Shown: one piece after another, positions 17,670-27,586 of the stretch
Position numbering within the stretch: position 1 is the stretch's first letter
Layout of the letters: the number at the start of each line of letters is the position of its first letter
From: a virus
Strand: one strand, 5' to 3'
Virus record (IMG/VR): IMGVR_UViG_3300025138_000015
Length of the DNA: 64,000 bases
Notes under the pieces: generated by a model
What the model was told of the DNA's origin: nothing
What the model saw: the letters and a program-made list of their open reading frames with translations, nothing else
Database searches by the model: none
Position numbers and translations under genes: made by a program

Positions 17670-19154
17670 TTATAAACTCACATTCACTGGAACATTATTA
17701 ACATGACTAACTTGTAGTCCTAAAAAATTCATCAATGATTCGAACATCTTTTTGCCCATACTTGCAATTTTATTTAATGCTTTAGTAATAGACTGCATTA
17801 CTTTCTTAATCATATTCTGAAACTTTTTCCAAACTTTGGGACCTAAATCTTTTGCCCAATTGCCGGCTCTTTTAATCATATCAAATGCTCCCTCTTCTAA
17901 GAAGTCTTCTGTAAGAAGAGTATTGAATTCGTCAATACCATTTATCTCGTTTAATACTAATGTCTGTAAATTTTCTATACCGTTTTCTTTGAGTGATAAT
18001 CTCATAGCAGAATAGGCTGCTGAATTACCACCACCCTTTTTGAATGCAACATAAGGTCTTACTGAACTTGCATACTTTTTAATTATACTATCGTTAATAG
18101 ATGTTATTGGTTCTACTTGAACTGACATGTCACTAATTGAAAACTTGCCTAGTAGATTTGCTGAGGCAGGTCCACCCTCAAACTTAACAAGACCTGTTGA
18201 GGCCTCTAATATAACATTGAGTGAGAATAACTTGTTCGCGGCACTATCATTATTAATGTATGATGATAATAGGTTAGATAACTCTTTGTTGTCTGCATCT
18301 TTCTTTTGAAAGTCCACGATTGATTCATCTGATTCACCGTCTCGTATTCTATCGTTTAATGAGGTGACTGTTTCTTTGGTTATTAACTTAGACATTCCTT
18401 CTTCCATTGCCTTAGTTAGACCCTTTGCAAAGGGTTTATGTTGACCCATTTGTGATAAGGCAGCGTTTACAGTTGCAATTGCCTCACCTTTTGAACCTGA
18501 CATCAACTGAGAACCACCCTCTTTTTTAAGTGATATCTTTTCTTTAAAGGATGAACCTGCAATATCTGTTTTCGGTGTTTTGTTTGAAGCACCTGCATCA
18601 GTATAAATGTTCGATAGACTTACGGATATTCCACCTTTTCCTGTTGAGACCAATCTTTTTTCTGATAGTTCTTTATTGAAGTTCTTTGCAATATCTTTTG
18701 CCTTATCTAAATGTAATGCAAATCGTTCTGCAGTTTGTATAACTCCACTTTCATTTTTTTGTTTGTTCAGTTTATTGTATTCAAAGATGATAAGTTCTTC
18801 CCACTGAGCACCATTTGGTGTATCACCACTTTCTTTTACATGGTTGAAGTGTTTCATTTTGTATGATGTAGAACCTTTAATATGAAAGGTCTTGCCGTTG
18901 CACTCTAACCATTTCTCAAATTCACCTTCTTCTTTTCCTATAAAGATGCTGTTGTTGTTTGGTCTTACTATAGTAAAGATATCTCCGAACTTGAATCCTT
19001 CTGAATCCATTTCTTTGATTTCACCCTTATACAGAAACTTATGACCAATAACATAATCTGGTTTTAAGATAGATGCTTCCATAAGTTTAGGTGCAGTTAA
19101 ATCTAACTTGATATCGTCTAGTTTTGGTGATGTATATTGTTGAAAGGATTTCAT
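17670..19154 (-). CDS. Hypothetical late protein, possible internal head protein with PD-(D/E)xK-like motif
   Basis: TATAAATA (19160-19167) 5 nt before MKSFQQY; TPKTDI...ISLKK. Confidence 0.5.
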   Translation of the reverse strand: MKSFQQYTSPKLDDIKLDLTAPKLMEASILKPDYVIGHKFLYKGEIKEMDSEGFKFGDIFTIVRPNNNSIFIGKEEGEFEKWLECNGKTFHIKGSTSYKMKHFNHVKESGDTPNGAQWEELIIFEYNKLNKQKNESGVIQTAERFALHLDKAKDIAKNFNKELSEKRLVSTGKGGISVSLSNIYTDAGASNKTPKTDIAGSSFKEKISLKKEGGSQLMSGSKGEAIATVNAALSQMGQHKPFAKGLTKAMEEGMSKLITKETVTSLNDRIRDGESDESIVDFQKKDADNKELSNLLSSYINNDSAANKLFSLNVILEASTGLVKFEGGPASANLLGKFSISDMSVQVEPITSINDSIIKKYASSVRPYVAFKKGGGNSAAYSAMRLSLKENGIENLQTLVLNEINGIDEFNTLLTEDFLEEGAFDMIKRAGNWAKDLGPKVWKKFQNMIKKVMQSITKALNKIASMGKKMFESLMNFLGLQVSHVNNVPVNVSL

Positions 19155-19167
19155 ATAACTATTTATA

Positions 19168-20883
19168 TTATCCGGCAAGTCTGGAGAAGTTCTTATGTTT
19201 TTCGAATCTCAATACAGTTTCGAACTTGTCGTATAATGCATCTCCTTTATGTGATATAATGAAACAGTTTGTTTTCTCTGTAAGAGTTCCTAATAACTTA
19301 AAGAAATCATCGGTACCTTGTGAGTCTAAAGAGCTGTCAAATACCTCATCTAATACTAGTAAGTTAGTGTTCACACTGTTCTTCATTCTAGCAACACTTC
19401 TCCATGTGAATAACAATGCAAGGTCAATTCTCATCTTCTCACCTTGTGAAAAGTTATCATACTTGAATTCGTCTCTGAATCTGGACTTAATAGTCTCTTC
19501 GAATGCCTCATTCAATTCAAACCCCACATAGAATTCTAATTGTGCAAGATACTTATTAATAAGTTTGTTCATAATAGGAACATACTGTTTAATAATCTTC
19601 TGTTTAACACCTTGGTCTCTTAATAACATTGATGCAATATCATAGTAATGTTCTTTCTCAACCATAGATTCTTTTTTAGAGTGTAGTATGTTTAACTTCT
19701 CTTCAGTATCATCTATTTTGTCCTGAACTGAGTCTGTTGCCTGTTGTTCATTCTGCAGTTCTTCAATCTCTTTATTAATCTTTTGAATGTATTTCTGATT
19801 AGATGTAATCTCTGCCTGAAGTAAACCAATTTCTTTTTGAACTGTTGTTATTTCGTCTTGGACTCCGTTGATTCTTTGGATTTCGTTATTGAGCTCGGTG
19901 ACTTGTTCATCCAATGTTGACACTGCCGTCTTAATCTCAGAGATTTTTGTCTGTTTATCCTTAATATGTTTTTTCTTGTGTTCATGGTCTAAACCTTGTT
20001 TACATGTTGGGCAATTGTCGTTCTCTTCATAGAATTCAATGTCTTTAAGTGCTTTTCTTCTAGCGTCTTCAAGTTTAGATTCCATGTCGACAACTTGTTT
20101 GAGTCGAGTCTCAGTCGTGTCTTTATCATCGATTGAGGATTTTTTCTCCACCACATTTTCCGTCTTTTCATCTATCTCTCCTAAAAGTTTTGAAATATTT
20201 GTTTCTGTTTCATCAACATTGTGTTGAAACTTTTCAAGTTTTTCATTACGATTTTCACGGAGTGCATTCTGTTGTTCATTGAGGCCTGATATTCTCTCTT
20301 CTAATAAGTCAACCTCATGTACAGTATCTTTCAATTCAACTTTATGACTTGCAATCTTCTTACGAAGAATCTCCATCATGGTTGAAAAGATTGATATGTC
20401 TAGTAAGTCTTCTACCAACTTTCTTCTATGCAAGGCTTTTAATTGCATGAAAGGTGTGAAGTTAGCAGAACCAAGAATTGCAACCTGTGTGAAAGAACGA
20501 TAACTCATTTTGAGTATGTTCTTTTCTAGGTGTTCTTGATAGTCTTTAACGGTTGCATCTTGATTAATAAAAGTGTCATTAAGATACAGTTCAAATTTGT
20601 TTGGTTTGGCACCACGAATAACTTTATAGTTTCTTTTACCAATTGAGAATTCTAACTCAACTAATAAGTCTCTACCATTTAAAGTGTTTACTAGTAATTC
20701 CTTTTTAAGATTTCTGAACCCTTTACCATATAATGCAAAACATAATGCATCTAACAATGTGGATTTACCTGCACCATTCTCACCGAGAATTAGTGTTGTG
20801 TCTGTTGCGTCTAACTGTATTTCGGTGAATGTATTACCGGATGATAATAGATTTTTGTATTTAATATTTCTAAATGTTATCAT
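19168..20883 (-). CDS. gp46: Recombination endonuclease subunit (SbcC/Rad50-like)
   Basis: GENGAGKST, CPTC hook, FSQGEK, LDEVFD. Confidence 0.97.
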   Translation of the reverse strand: MITFRNIKYKNLLSSGNTFTEIQLDATDTTLILGENGAGKSTLLDALCFALYGKGFRNLKKELLVNTLNGRDLLVELEFSIGKRNYKVIRGAKPNKFELYLNDTFINQDATVKDYQEHLEKNILKMSYRSFTQVAILGSANFTPFMQLKALHRRKLVEDLLDISIFSTMMEILRKKIASHKVELKDTVHEVDLLEERISGLNEQQNALRENRNEKLEKFQHNVDETETNISKLLGEIDEKTENVVEKKSSIDDKDTTETRLKQVVDMESKLEDARRKALKDIEFYEENDNCPTCKQGLDHEHKKKHIKDKQTKISEIKTAVSTLDEQVTELNNEIQRINGVQDEITTVQKEIGLLQAEITSNQKYIQKINKEIEELQNEQQATDSVQDKIDDTEEKLNILHSKKESMVEKEHYYDIASMLLRDQGVKQKIIKQYVPIMNKLINKYLAQLEFYVGFELNEAFEETIKSRFRDEFKYDNFSQGEKMRIDLALLFTWRSVARMKNSVNTNLLVLDEVFDSSLDSQGTDDFFKLLGTLTEKTNCFIISHKGDALYDKFETVLRFEKHKNFSRLAG

Positions 20884-21947
20884 AAGAAGGAGTGTTCATC
20901 AAGTGCTTCATTATACAACGATTGCATGATATCGTTAAGGGGTTTTTTCTTTCCTTGTATGTCTAATGAATCAACATACTTTGAAAGTATAGTAAGTGTG
21001 TCTTCAACATCTTCTATATCATCATCTTCAAAAAAGTCCATATGCTTATTATCATCAACAACAGAAACATGAAGAGGTGATTCAGCATGAATCTTATCAA
21101 GAAATGTATCAAACCAATAGGGATTATCTTTATTGACAACAATAACTTTAGTAAACTTACCTGCATACTGACTGTAATCTGCATTAGCAATAGTCTCAAA
21201 CGATTCATTTGTATCATCGTAAAAAGCCTTTTCAAATAGTGTTAGTGGATTTAGAATTGGTGATAGTTCTTGTGTATCAGTATCAAATATATGAAAATAC
21301 TTTGGGTCTCCATAATCTGACCAAGTAAATTGCATCTGACTTCCTAGATATCTGATATTTGCAAACTCTGATTTCTGATGAAAATGACCTGATAAAACCT
21401 TTTCGAATCTATTAACATAAGAATGGTCAAATCCATGTTGACATGTCATGCCTGGCATCATCAATGCACCTTCAAATTCAAAGTGACCCATACACCAACT
21501 TGCTTCTGCAGTTCTTAAAAAGTCTACAGTGTCGGCATAGTTTTCGGGATTAATCCAAGGTACCATTGCAATATTAAAACCATCGTATTCATTAACACAA
21601 GGTTCTGTAATCACATTAATGTTCGCCTCATTGAATAGTAATAGTTGTGGTGCATTAACATCATTTGTTGACTTATAATAAGTGTCATGATTACCTATGA
21701 TTAAGTCCATAGAAATATCATTCTTTATTAAAGGTTCAATAAAGTGTTCTCTGTTTGCTTTTAGAGTTGCAAAGTTCACATACTTTCTTCTATCGAAGTA
21801 ATCACCTAAGTGAATAATGTGGTCTATGTTGTGTTCTTTTAGATATGGGAAGAAGATTTCTTCATAGAAACGACCTTGATATTTGGCCATTGCTTCCATA
21901 TCACCTCGGACACCTGCATGAGTGTCATTCAGTAATGCTATTTTCAT
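20880..21947 (-). CDS. gp47: Recombination endonuclease subunit (Mre11-like)
   Basis: DTH, LGDYFDRR, GNHD, SGHFH. Confidence 0.96.
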   Translation of the reverse strand: MKIALLNDTHAGVRGDMEAMAKYQGRFYEEIFFPYLKEHNIDHIIHLGDYFDRRKYVNFATLKANREHFIEPLIKNDISMDLIIGNHDTYYKSTNDVNAPQLLLFNEANINVITEPCVNEYDGFNIAMVPWINPENYADTVDFLRTAEASWCMGHFEFEGALMMPGMTCQHGFDHSYVNRFEKVLSGHFHQKSEFANIRYLGSQMQFTWSDYGDPKYFHIFDTDTQELSPILNPLTLFEKAFYDDTNESFETIANADYSQYAGKFTKVIVVNKDNPYWFDTFLDKIHAESPLHVSVVDDNKHMDFFEDDDIEDVEDTLTILSKYVDSLDIQGKKKPLNDIMQSLYNEALDEHSFL

Positions 21948-22501
21948 TCAGTAAAGTTTTCTAAGTTTTTCTTTTTAACTACAGTCTTTCTTTTAGACTT
22001 GCGTGGATTATATTCAACACGATTCATATTCTCTTGCATCCATTCTACATTCGTGTTAGATAAACTTGGGTCATGTTGACCATCAATTGTTTCAAAAGAG
22101 TCCATAGTAATACCACTTTCGTTGGTTACCGTCTGTTTGATATAGACTTGCTTCTTCTCTTTTTGAATTCTTCTTAGGAAAGCATAGTAGCATATCTGAG
22201 TGATATACGCAAATGCATTACTTGATTTTTCTACATTGAAATTACCGATATACTGAATACAATTTTCAATTGCATCACATATCATTTCATCTCTGTAGGT
22301 GTAGTTAATAAAATTAGGACGAGTCGATAATCGAGTCGCAATCTTATAGATACATTCACCAATGTATTCAGACATTTTTGGGAGTTCAGTGTCGTTTGCT
22401 TTTGCTTCTTTTATACCTGAGGAATATTCGGCAACAGCAGCAGTAAACTCTTTGTTGTTAACATAGTGTTCTGCCTTTTTGGGGTCTTTTTTCGTAGTCA
22501 T
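21944..22501 (-). CDS. gp55: Late transcription sigma factor
   Basis: HYVNNKEF, RPNFINYTYRDEMICDAIEN, AFAYITQICYYAFLRRI; CTTACA-N17-TATAAT lies 6 nt before ATG 22501. Confidence 0.96.
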   Translation of the reverse strand: MTTKKDPKKAEHYVNNKEFTAAVAEYSSGIKEAKANDTELPKMSEYIGECIYKIATRLSTRPNFINYTYRDEMICDAIENCIQYIGNFNVEKSSNAFAYITQICYYAFLRRIQKEKKQVYIKQTVTNESGITMDSFETIDGQHDPSLSNTNVEWMQENMNRVEYNPRKSKRKTVVKKKNLENFTE

Positions 22502-22635
22502 GTATACATTATACACCTTATCCTTTGTCCTGTAAGGTGGTTTTTATATTTATTTTATTTTATTTTTTATTAAAAAACCACTAGACAAGGAAGGAATCTA
22601 TGATAAAATAAATATGTTGCCGGTTAGGGAACCTA

Positions 22636-22767
22636 TTAGGAAGGGATGACTTTAACTCTACTCTTCTGAGATGCAACTTCCCCAATACGACTCATTCTTT
22701 CTAGTTCACCTATTGATAGGTAAAACATGCATAAACTCATTGCTGTGTATAGTATATAGTGTTTCAT
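22636..22767 (-). CDS. Small membrane peptide (43 aa)
   Basis: Manual translation MKHYILYTAMSLCMFYLSIGELERM...; ATGA overlap with upstream ORF. Confidence 0.5.
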   Translation of the reverse strand: MKHYILYTAMSLCMFYLSIGELERMSRIGEVASQKSRVKVIPS

Positions 22768-22934
22768 ACGAACTGGTTTATTAACCAAAAGGATAACAAC
22801 ATAAAACCGAAAACGAGGACTTGCACGACTGACATCACTGCAATCTGTTTCATTGGGTGAACTTCTTCTATCTTATCTAAAACGGACACATCAGGAGAGA
22901 GGTTTATGTATTGTAAGATTTTCTCTTCTTTCAC
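22764..22934 (-). CDS. Small membrane peptide (56 aa)
   Basis: Manual translation (GTG start) KEEKILQYINLSP...VHPMKQIAVMSVVQVLVFGFMLLSFWLI. Confidence 0.55.
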   Translation of the reverse strand: MKEEKILQYINLSPDVSVLDKIEEVHPMKQIAVMSVVQVLVFGFMLLSFWLINQFV

Positions 22935-23374
22935 TTTAGTTCTACCTCTATAAACTTACCAATCATATTGATTTGTGCATCACTTAACATGCCTGCTTGA
23001 GACCACATAGTAGAAGACATGTTACCGACTGTTTCTCTATTCTTATATGCATTAAGTCTACCAACAATATAGTCTTGTGACTGGCCAGCAAGTTTAGGGA
23101 AGACTGCCATACCTTGTCCTTCTGCACCATGACAAGCGGCACAACCTGACCATAGACTTCTGATATCACTGAACTCATCTAAGTTTGCAAGTTCCTGTTT
23201 TGCTCTTAATTGGTCTACTGATGTTCCATTCAATTTCACATATTCTGCATAACACATACCTGTACACGAACTATTATTAGAGAAACCTCTAATTTCCATG
23301 TCGGGTAATATTACAGCATTAAAGAATATGGTGAAAACAAAACATCCGAATAATACCATTCCTAATTCTCTCAT
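22931..23374 (-). CDS. Membrane-anchored c-type cytochrome (c4/c553-like)
   Basis: CAACH heme motif, FPKLAGQ, distal Met in STMWSQA; N-terminal TM. Confidence 0.92.
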   Translation of the reverse strand: MRELGMVLFGCFVFTIFFNAVILPDMEIRGFSNNSSCTGMCYAEYVKLNGTSVDQLRAKQELANLDEFSDIRSLWSGCAACHGAEGQGMAVFPKLAGQSQDYIVGRLNAYKNRETVGNMSSTMWSQAGMLSDAQINMIGKFIEVELK

Positions 23375-23375
23375 A

Positions 23376-23644
23376 TTAAGATACCGGTGTTAGGGCTAAT
23401 ATAGAAACCATGAAGACAGCCACAAGTGTGGTTATCTCCAAAGTATCTCTAAGTTTGTGGTTCATTAAAACATCCTCATAGATGATGCATAGAACATTAT
23501 AATAAATGGTAATAAGAACGGAAGAGTCATCAGCACTAGAAATTCGATAGTTTCAATCACTTTTCGTTTTTGAGGACGAATGATATGATTGACTTCTCTA
23601 GCTTTTCGCACCATGCTCTTCGCAAAAAAAGCTGCTGTGGTCAT
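23376..23644 (-). CDS. Two small membrane peptides (23465-23644, 59 aa; 23376-23465, 29 aa)
   Basis: Manual translations MTTAAFFAK...IEFLVLMTLPFLLPFII and MNHKLRDTLEITTLVAVFMVSILALTPVS. Confidence 0.5.
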
Positions 23645-23730
23645 GGTTTTCCTAAAAGTTAAGTTATAAAAATATTGTATAATGGTATATAGGCCAGTAT
23701 TATACGCACTTATTTAGTAAGAATAAAATC

Positions 23731-24198
23731 CTAATGTAGTTTCTTTTTATCTACAGGTGGTATTGCTTCTTCAAATTCTAAGTCTTCATACTCAATAAAT
23801 GCTTCGTCTGAAACCTCATTAATAAGATTCTGTAAAATCTTGTCTATATATTTTCTTTTTGTTGTACCATTGATTAATGGTATTGAATTATTCTCCAACA
23901 TATCTAACCATTGTGAAGATGCTTCATCGTAAAATGGAATGTATTGTTGATTCATTGAATTTCTATGTAGAATATGGTCTATAGGAACTACAACTGTTGT
24001 ATCTGATGTTAATGGTGCGTATGGATAAAATGTTGCAAGTGTCTCTACAGGTGTTTGTCCTGATGATAGTTTGCAAACCATTGGTAAGGTGACTTCAATA
24101 CCATTCGAGGTATCTCTTGTCATGCCAACTACTTCAAGTCCGTTTCTTAATTTTAGGACTTCGTATTGTTGTGGTGTTAAGTCTGAAGGTCTAGTCAC
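23731..24198 (-). CDS. Conserved T4-like hypothetical protein (Sm-like fold) downstream of uvsW
   Basis: VLKLRNGLEVVG start motif, KKLH end. Confidence 0.6.
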   Translation of the reverse strand: MTRPSDLTPQQYEVLKLRNGLEVVGMTRDTSNGIEVTLPMVCKLSSGQTPVETLATFYPYAPLTSDTTVVVPIDHILHRNSMNQQYIPFYDEASSQWLDMLENNSIPLINGTTKRKYIDKILQNLINEVSDEAFIEYEDLEFEEAIPPVDKKKLH

Positions 24199-25651
24199 TT
24201 TTTAAATCAAATTGTTGTATTATGTAAGGAAAACTTTCCTCGTTATAGATATTTATCCTTTCCTTTAAGTGATTCAAGGTGTGATTTTCACACTGCAAGT
24301 CATCTGATATATCAAATAACCTCATACTATCTTTGCCTTCTGTCTTACGAAGACCTCTACCAATTGATTGTAGATTTCGTATTCTCGATTTAGAAGGACT
24401 TGCAAATACAACATTGTCGATTTTTTTAATATTAACACCTGTAGAAAATGTTCCGTATGATGCTAGTATGACATTGTTTTTCTTTTTAGAGTTCTCAACA
24501 ATCTCTCTGACTGCCTCTCTATCTTCTGTATCAGTTGCACCATGAACATAATGTAATGTGCCTTTCATTCTACTGACCATAGGATTGAATAACTCCCATA
24601 GTGGTTGACCATGTTTCTCTATGTATTGAAACAATACAAGAGTATTTCCTTTAAGTGAACCTACTAGATTAGTTATGAATTGATTTCTTCCTTTATGAGA
24701 TACCAGATAGTCCATCTCATCTTGGTATGACATTTTTTTCTGTTTAGTATGACGAAGTATGATACATTGTATATCAATCTTTGCAATCGTACCTTCTTCT
24801 ATTAGTTGTGCAGACGAGATAACTTTTTTAACAGGACCAAAAAGACCCTCTAATTGCAATCTATGAACTTCTGTACCATCTAATGTACCTGTTGTACCTA
24901 TTCTTACTGCTGTGGTCTTCATCTTCTCTAAGATACCTTTAAGAGTTTGTGCTTTAAATAAATGTGCCTCGTCACCAACGACAACATCAAAAGACTCTAA
25001 CACCTCCTTAGGAGCTTTTGCGAATGATTGCCATGTAGTGACGGTTATAGGGGCATCAAATACTTCTTGACCATGATATATCTTACAGACTTTATCTTTA
25101 TAACCATAATCTATAAAGTCCTTTGTCATTTGTTCAACAAGTGATGTGGTTGGTACAATGATAATTGTTTTCTTATCATAGTATCTTGCTAACATGTATA
25201 TGATTAGAGATTTACCAGATGCAGTTGGAGACAATAATAGTTGTCTTCCATACTGAATACTGGATTTCAATGCCTCTAATTGATATCCACGAGGTTGGAA
25301 TGGTAAGTCAAGCCCCTTGACAAACTCATCTAATTCAGGTTTTCTTTCTTTTATACCTAAAACTTCTTCAACACCTTCAAATTCGAATCCTCTTTCTTTA
25401 CAGAACTCATCAATGTAAGGTAATAAACCAATGTAAATCTTATTTGTTTTTATAGAGAACAGTCTTACCTTTCCATCCCAAAATTTATTTCGGTATGAAG
25501 GCATGAACTTTGCATTTGGAACTGTAAAAGAAAAGAAATCAAATAAGTCTCTTGCAAGTCCATCATCACAATGGACTTTTAAAAAGACCTCATCAATCTT
25601 TGATACTTTGACTAGGTTAGACATATTGATTGCCCACACACCAACCGACAA
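24191..25651 (-). CDS. uvsW: DNA helicase UvsW
   Basis: WDGKVRLF, SPTASGKS, DEAH, QSIGRGLR. Confidence 0.96.
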   Translation of the reverse strand: MSVGVWAINMSNLVKVSKIDEVFLKVHCDDGLARDLFDFFSFTVPNAKFMPSYRNKFWDGKVRLFSIKTNKIYIGLLPYIDEFCKERGFEFEGVEEVLGIKERKPELDEFVKGLDLPFQPRGYQLEALKSSIQYGRQLLLSPTASGKSLIIYMLARYYDKKTIIIVPTTSLVEQMTKDFIDYGYKDKVCKIYHGQEVFDAPITVTTWQSFAKAPKEVLESFDVVVGDEAHLFKAQTLKGILEKMKTTAVRIGTTGTLDGTEVHRLQLEGLFGPVKKVISSAQLIEEGTIAKIDIQCIILRHTKQKKMSYQDEMDYLVSHKGRNQFITNLVGSLKGNTLVLFQYIEKHGQPLWELFNPMVSRMKGTLHYVHGATDTEDREAVREIVENSKKKNNVILASYGTFSTGVNIKKIDNVVFASPSKSRIRNLQSIGRGLRKTEGKDSMRLFDISDDLQCENHTLNHLKERINIYNEESFPYIIQQFDLKSD

Positions 25652-26306
25652 AAGATTTTCTCGTGCCTCTTGTCACAGGAGTGACTTGATGATGTACAAA
25701 CGAAGGAAAGAAGAAGATTGAACCTCTATCTTTAACTGAATATGGTAAAGTTTTTATACCATTGGTCATATCTATAGTTGCGTTATCGTGCATCATGTCA
25801 AAACATCTTTGAGGTTCTAACCATTGAAAATAACCACCTTCATAGTCTTCTGGACTAGATAATTGTAATGTGAAACTTAGTTTTCTTAACTGACCTCTTT
25901 CATCTAATTGATGACCTGCATCTGTATGCCAAGTGTAGAAATCACCTCTGTTCTTTTGAGTTATTTCAGGTGCGTTATAAGTTGTGAATTGATACTGTTG
26001 TCTATAGTCTATATGATAACCCCAACCGGTGTCCTTTAATGCCATGTTCATAGCATCATCAATCTTCCTTTCAATTTCAATTGGTAATTGTTCTGGACCT
26101 ATCCAATTTATTAAAGAACTTCGTATATCATCGGTAACATGTCCATCTTTATTCTTTTCATCTGGCATACCTACAGCACCCTCTTTAGTTGGTATTGTAC
26201 CTGCAATTCGAATTATCGTATCACACTCTTCTTCTGTAAAGAATTCTGGTAATCCATAAAGATAGTTCTCGTATAACATTATTGTCCTGCCATAAATTTT
26301 CTCCAA
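25617..26306 (-). CDS. 2OG-Fe(II) oxygenase, PKHD-type
   Basis: FYTWHTD, RKLSFTLQLS, YEGG, FPSFVHHQVTPVTRGTRKS. Confidence 0.92.
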   Translation of the reverse strand: MEKIYGRTIMLYENYLYGLPEFFTEEECDTIIRIAGTIPTKEGAVGMPDEKNKDGHVTDDIRSSLINWIGPEQLPIEIERKIDDAMNMALKDTGWGYHIDYRQQYQFTTYNAPEITQKNRGDFYTWHTDAGHQLDERGQLRKLSFTLQLSSPEDYEGGYFQWLEPQRCFDMMHDNATIDMTNGIKTLPYSVKDRGSIFFFPSFVHHQVTPVTRGTRKSFVGWCVGNQYV

Positions 26307-26722
26307 TCGATTGTGTTCTTAATCGTTTGGTGTCTCCAAGTAATGTTTTGCATACATTCTTTGAGAAAGTCCATTTGTATTTTTAATAGTTCTTCTTGTG
26401 CTTTAAGTTTAGTTAAGTCTTCATCTGAATTAAAGAAGTAGTGCATATCTGCTTTCATTACTTTCATGCCGTCAAATGGGTCATCTTGCCAACCGTATTT
26501 ATCAATAGTTTCTTTATCAAGTTTACCATTGAACCACAACCACTTATCTTTAATAAGAAGATTGTATTGGAATTGTTTTTGTTTGAGTTTAACCAGAGTA
26601 TCAGAAAGTAATTCTGAATACTTAGCATGTAGTTTAGGAACATCAAGACTTGATTTGTCGAGTTCAATATCATCGACAACACAGTCTTCTTTCCACATCA
26701 ATTTAATTTCATCTAAAGTCAT
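26279..26722 (-). CDS. uvsY: Recombination mediator UvsY
   Basis: PKLHAKY, IKNTIDWRKF. Confidence 0.9.
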   Translation of the reverse strand: MTLDEIKLMWKEDCVVDDIELDKSSLDVPKLHAKYSELLSDTLVKLKQKQFQYNLLIKDKWLWFNGKLDKETIDKYGWQDDPFDGMKVMKADMHYFFNSDEDLTKLKAQEELLKIQMDFLKECMQNITWRHQTIKNTIDWRKFMAGQ

Positions 26723-26765
26723 ATACGACCATTATATCATAATATACTAGTATTTATAAGGGGTT

Positions 26766-27302
26766 TTAAGAAGTCGTTTGAATGTCATAGTAAGAGAATA
26801 TAAACTCTACTTGACATGTCACAGGGTCATTCTCTGCACCAGATATCAGTTCTAGTTCTCCTAATGATGTAGGAAAACAGTCATGAAATCTAAAGAACTT
26901 ATTTGGTATGTTCTTATTTGTATTTGTCACCAATGTGATATCAGAATACTGATTCAAATCATTATCAATACCACTTGTTAAACCAGTTTTAGTTTTTGTG
27001 GTTTGTGTGTAGTTTGCAAAATCTGATGGGTCTTGAATGGGTATTATTGCATTCATCCAATCATAAACTTCTTTGAAGTTTTCTAAATCTTCATCTACTA
27101 AGAACTTAACATTTAGTTTACCAAACTCGATTTTATCACCTGGAAAAAATGCATCTAGTCCAACACCAGCACCTTGTCTAAGTTCAGTGAATGAAAGACC
27201 AGGTATATTAACAGATTGAACATAGTATTCAACTGTTGGTATTTTGTCTATTAGTAATCTAAAGTTATTCTTATTTAGAATTGATTTATTGATTGTTGTC
27301 AA
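26766..27302 (-). CDS. gp3: Tail tube terminator/completion protein
   Basis: NFRLLIDKIP, VNIPG, FLVDEDLENF, FHDCFPTSL. Confidence 0.85.
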   Translation of the reverse strand: MTTINKSILNKNNFRLLIDKIPTVEYYVQSVNIPGLSFTELRQGAGVGLDAFFPGDKIEFGKLNVKFLVDEDLENFKEVYDWMNAIIPIQDPSDFANYTQTTKTKTGLTSGIDNDLNQYSDITLVTNTNKNIPNKFFRFHDCFPTSLGELELISGAENDPVTCQVEFIFSYYDIQTTS

Positions 27303-27525
27303 GTTTTAATACTCTCTTATTTGTTGAGGTGTCAAAGTAATCATTACCTCTGTACTCTCTTGTGACTGTTTCTTCACATAAGTAACCATCTTTCTTATAA
27401 AGTGTAGTCATTGTTCTATGAATAACACCTTCTGTGGTTTCTTCACCTTTAGGAAATGCTTTAGATGACCAAGGACCTTCAAAGACATTAACCTGTTTTT
27501 CATATTGTTTCATTATATTCTCCAT
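27286..27525 (-). CDS. Hypothetical late protein
   Basis: TATAAATA at 27535-27542; SD. Confidence 0.6.
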   Translation of the reverse strand: MENIMKQYEKQVNVFEGPWSSKAFPKGEETTEGVIHRTMTTLYKKDGYLCEETVTREYRGNDYFDTSTNKRVLKLDNNQ

Positions 27526-27550
27526 TACATATACTATTTATATTTAGGCG

Positions 27551-27580
27551 TTGCCATAGCGGTCACTTTTTTACTATAAT
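27551..27580 (+). promoter_or_regulatory. Conserved phage promoter, copy 4
   Basis: TTGCCA-tagcggtCACTTTTTtac-TATAAT-N6-ATG(27587). Confidence 0.85.
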
Positions 27581-27586
27581 GGACAC

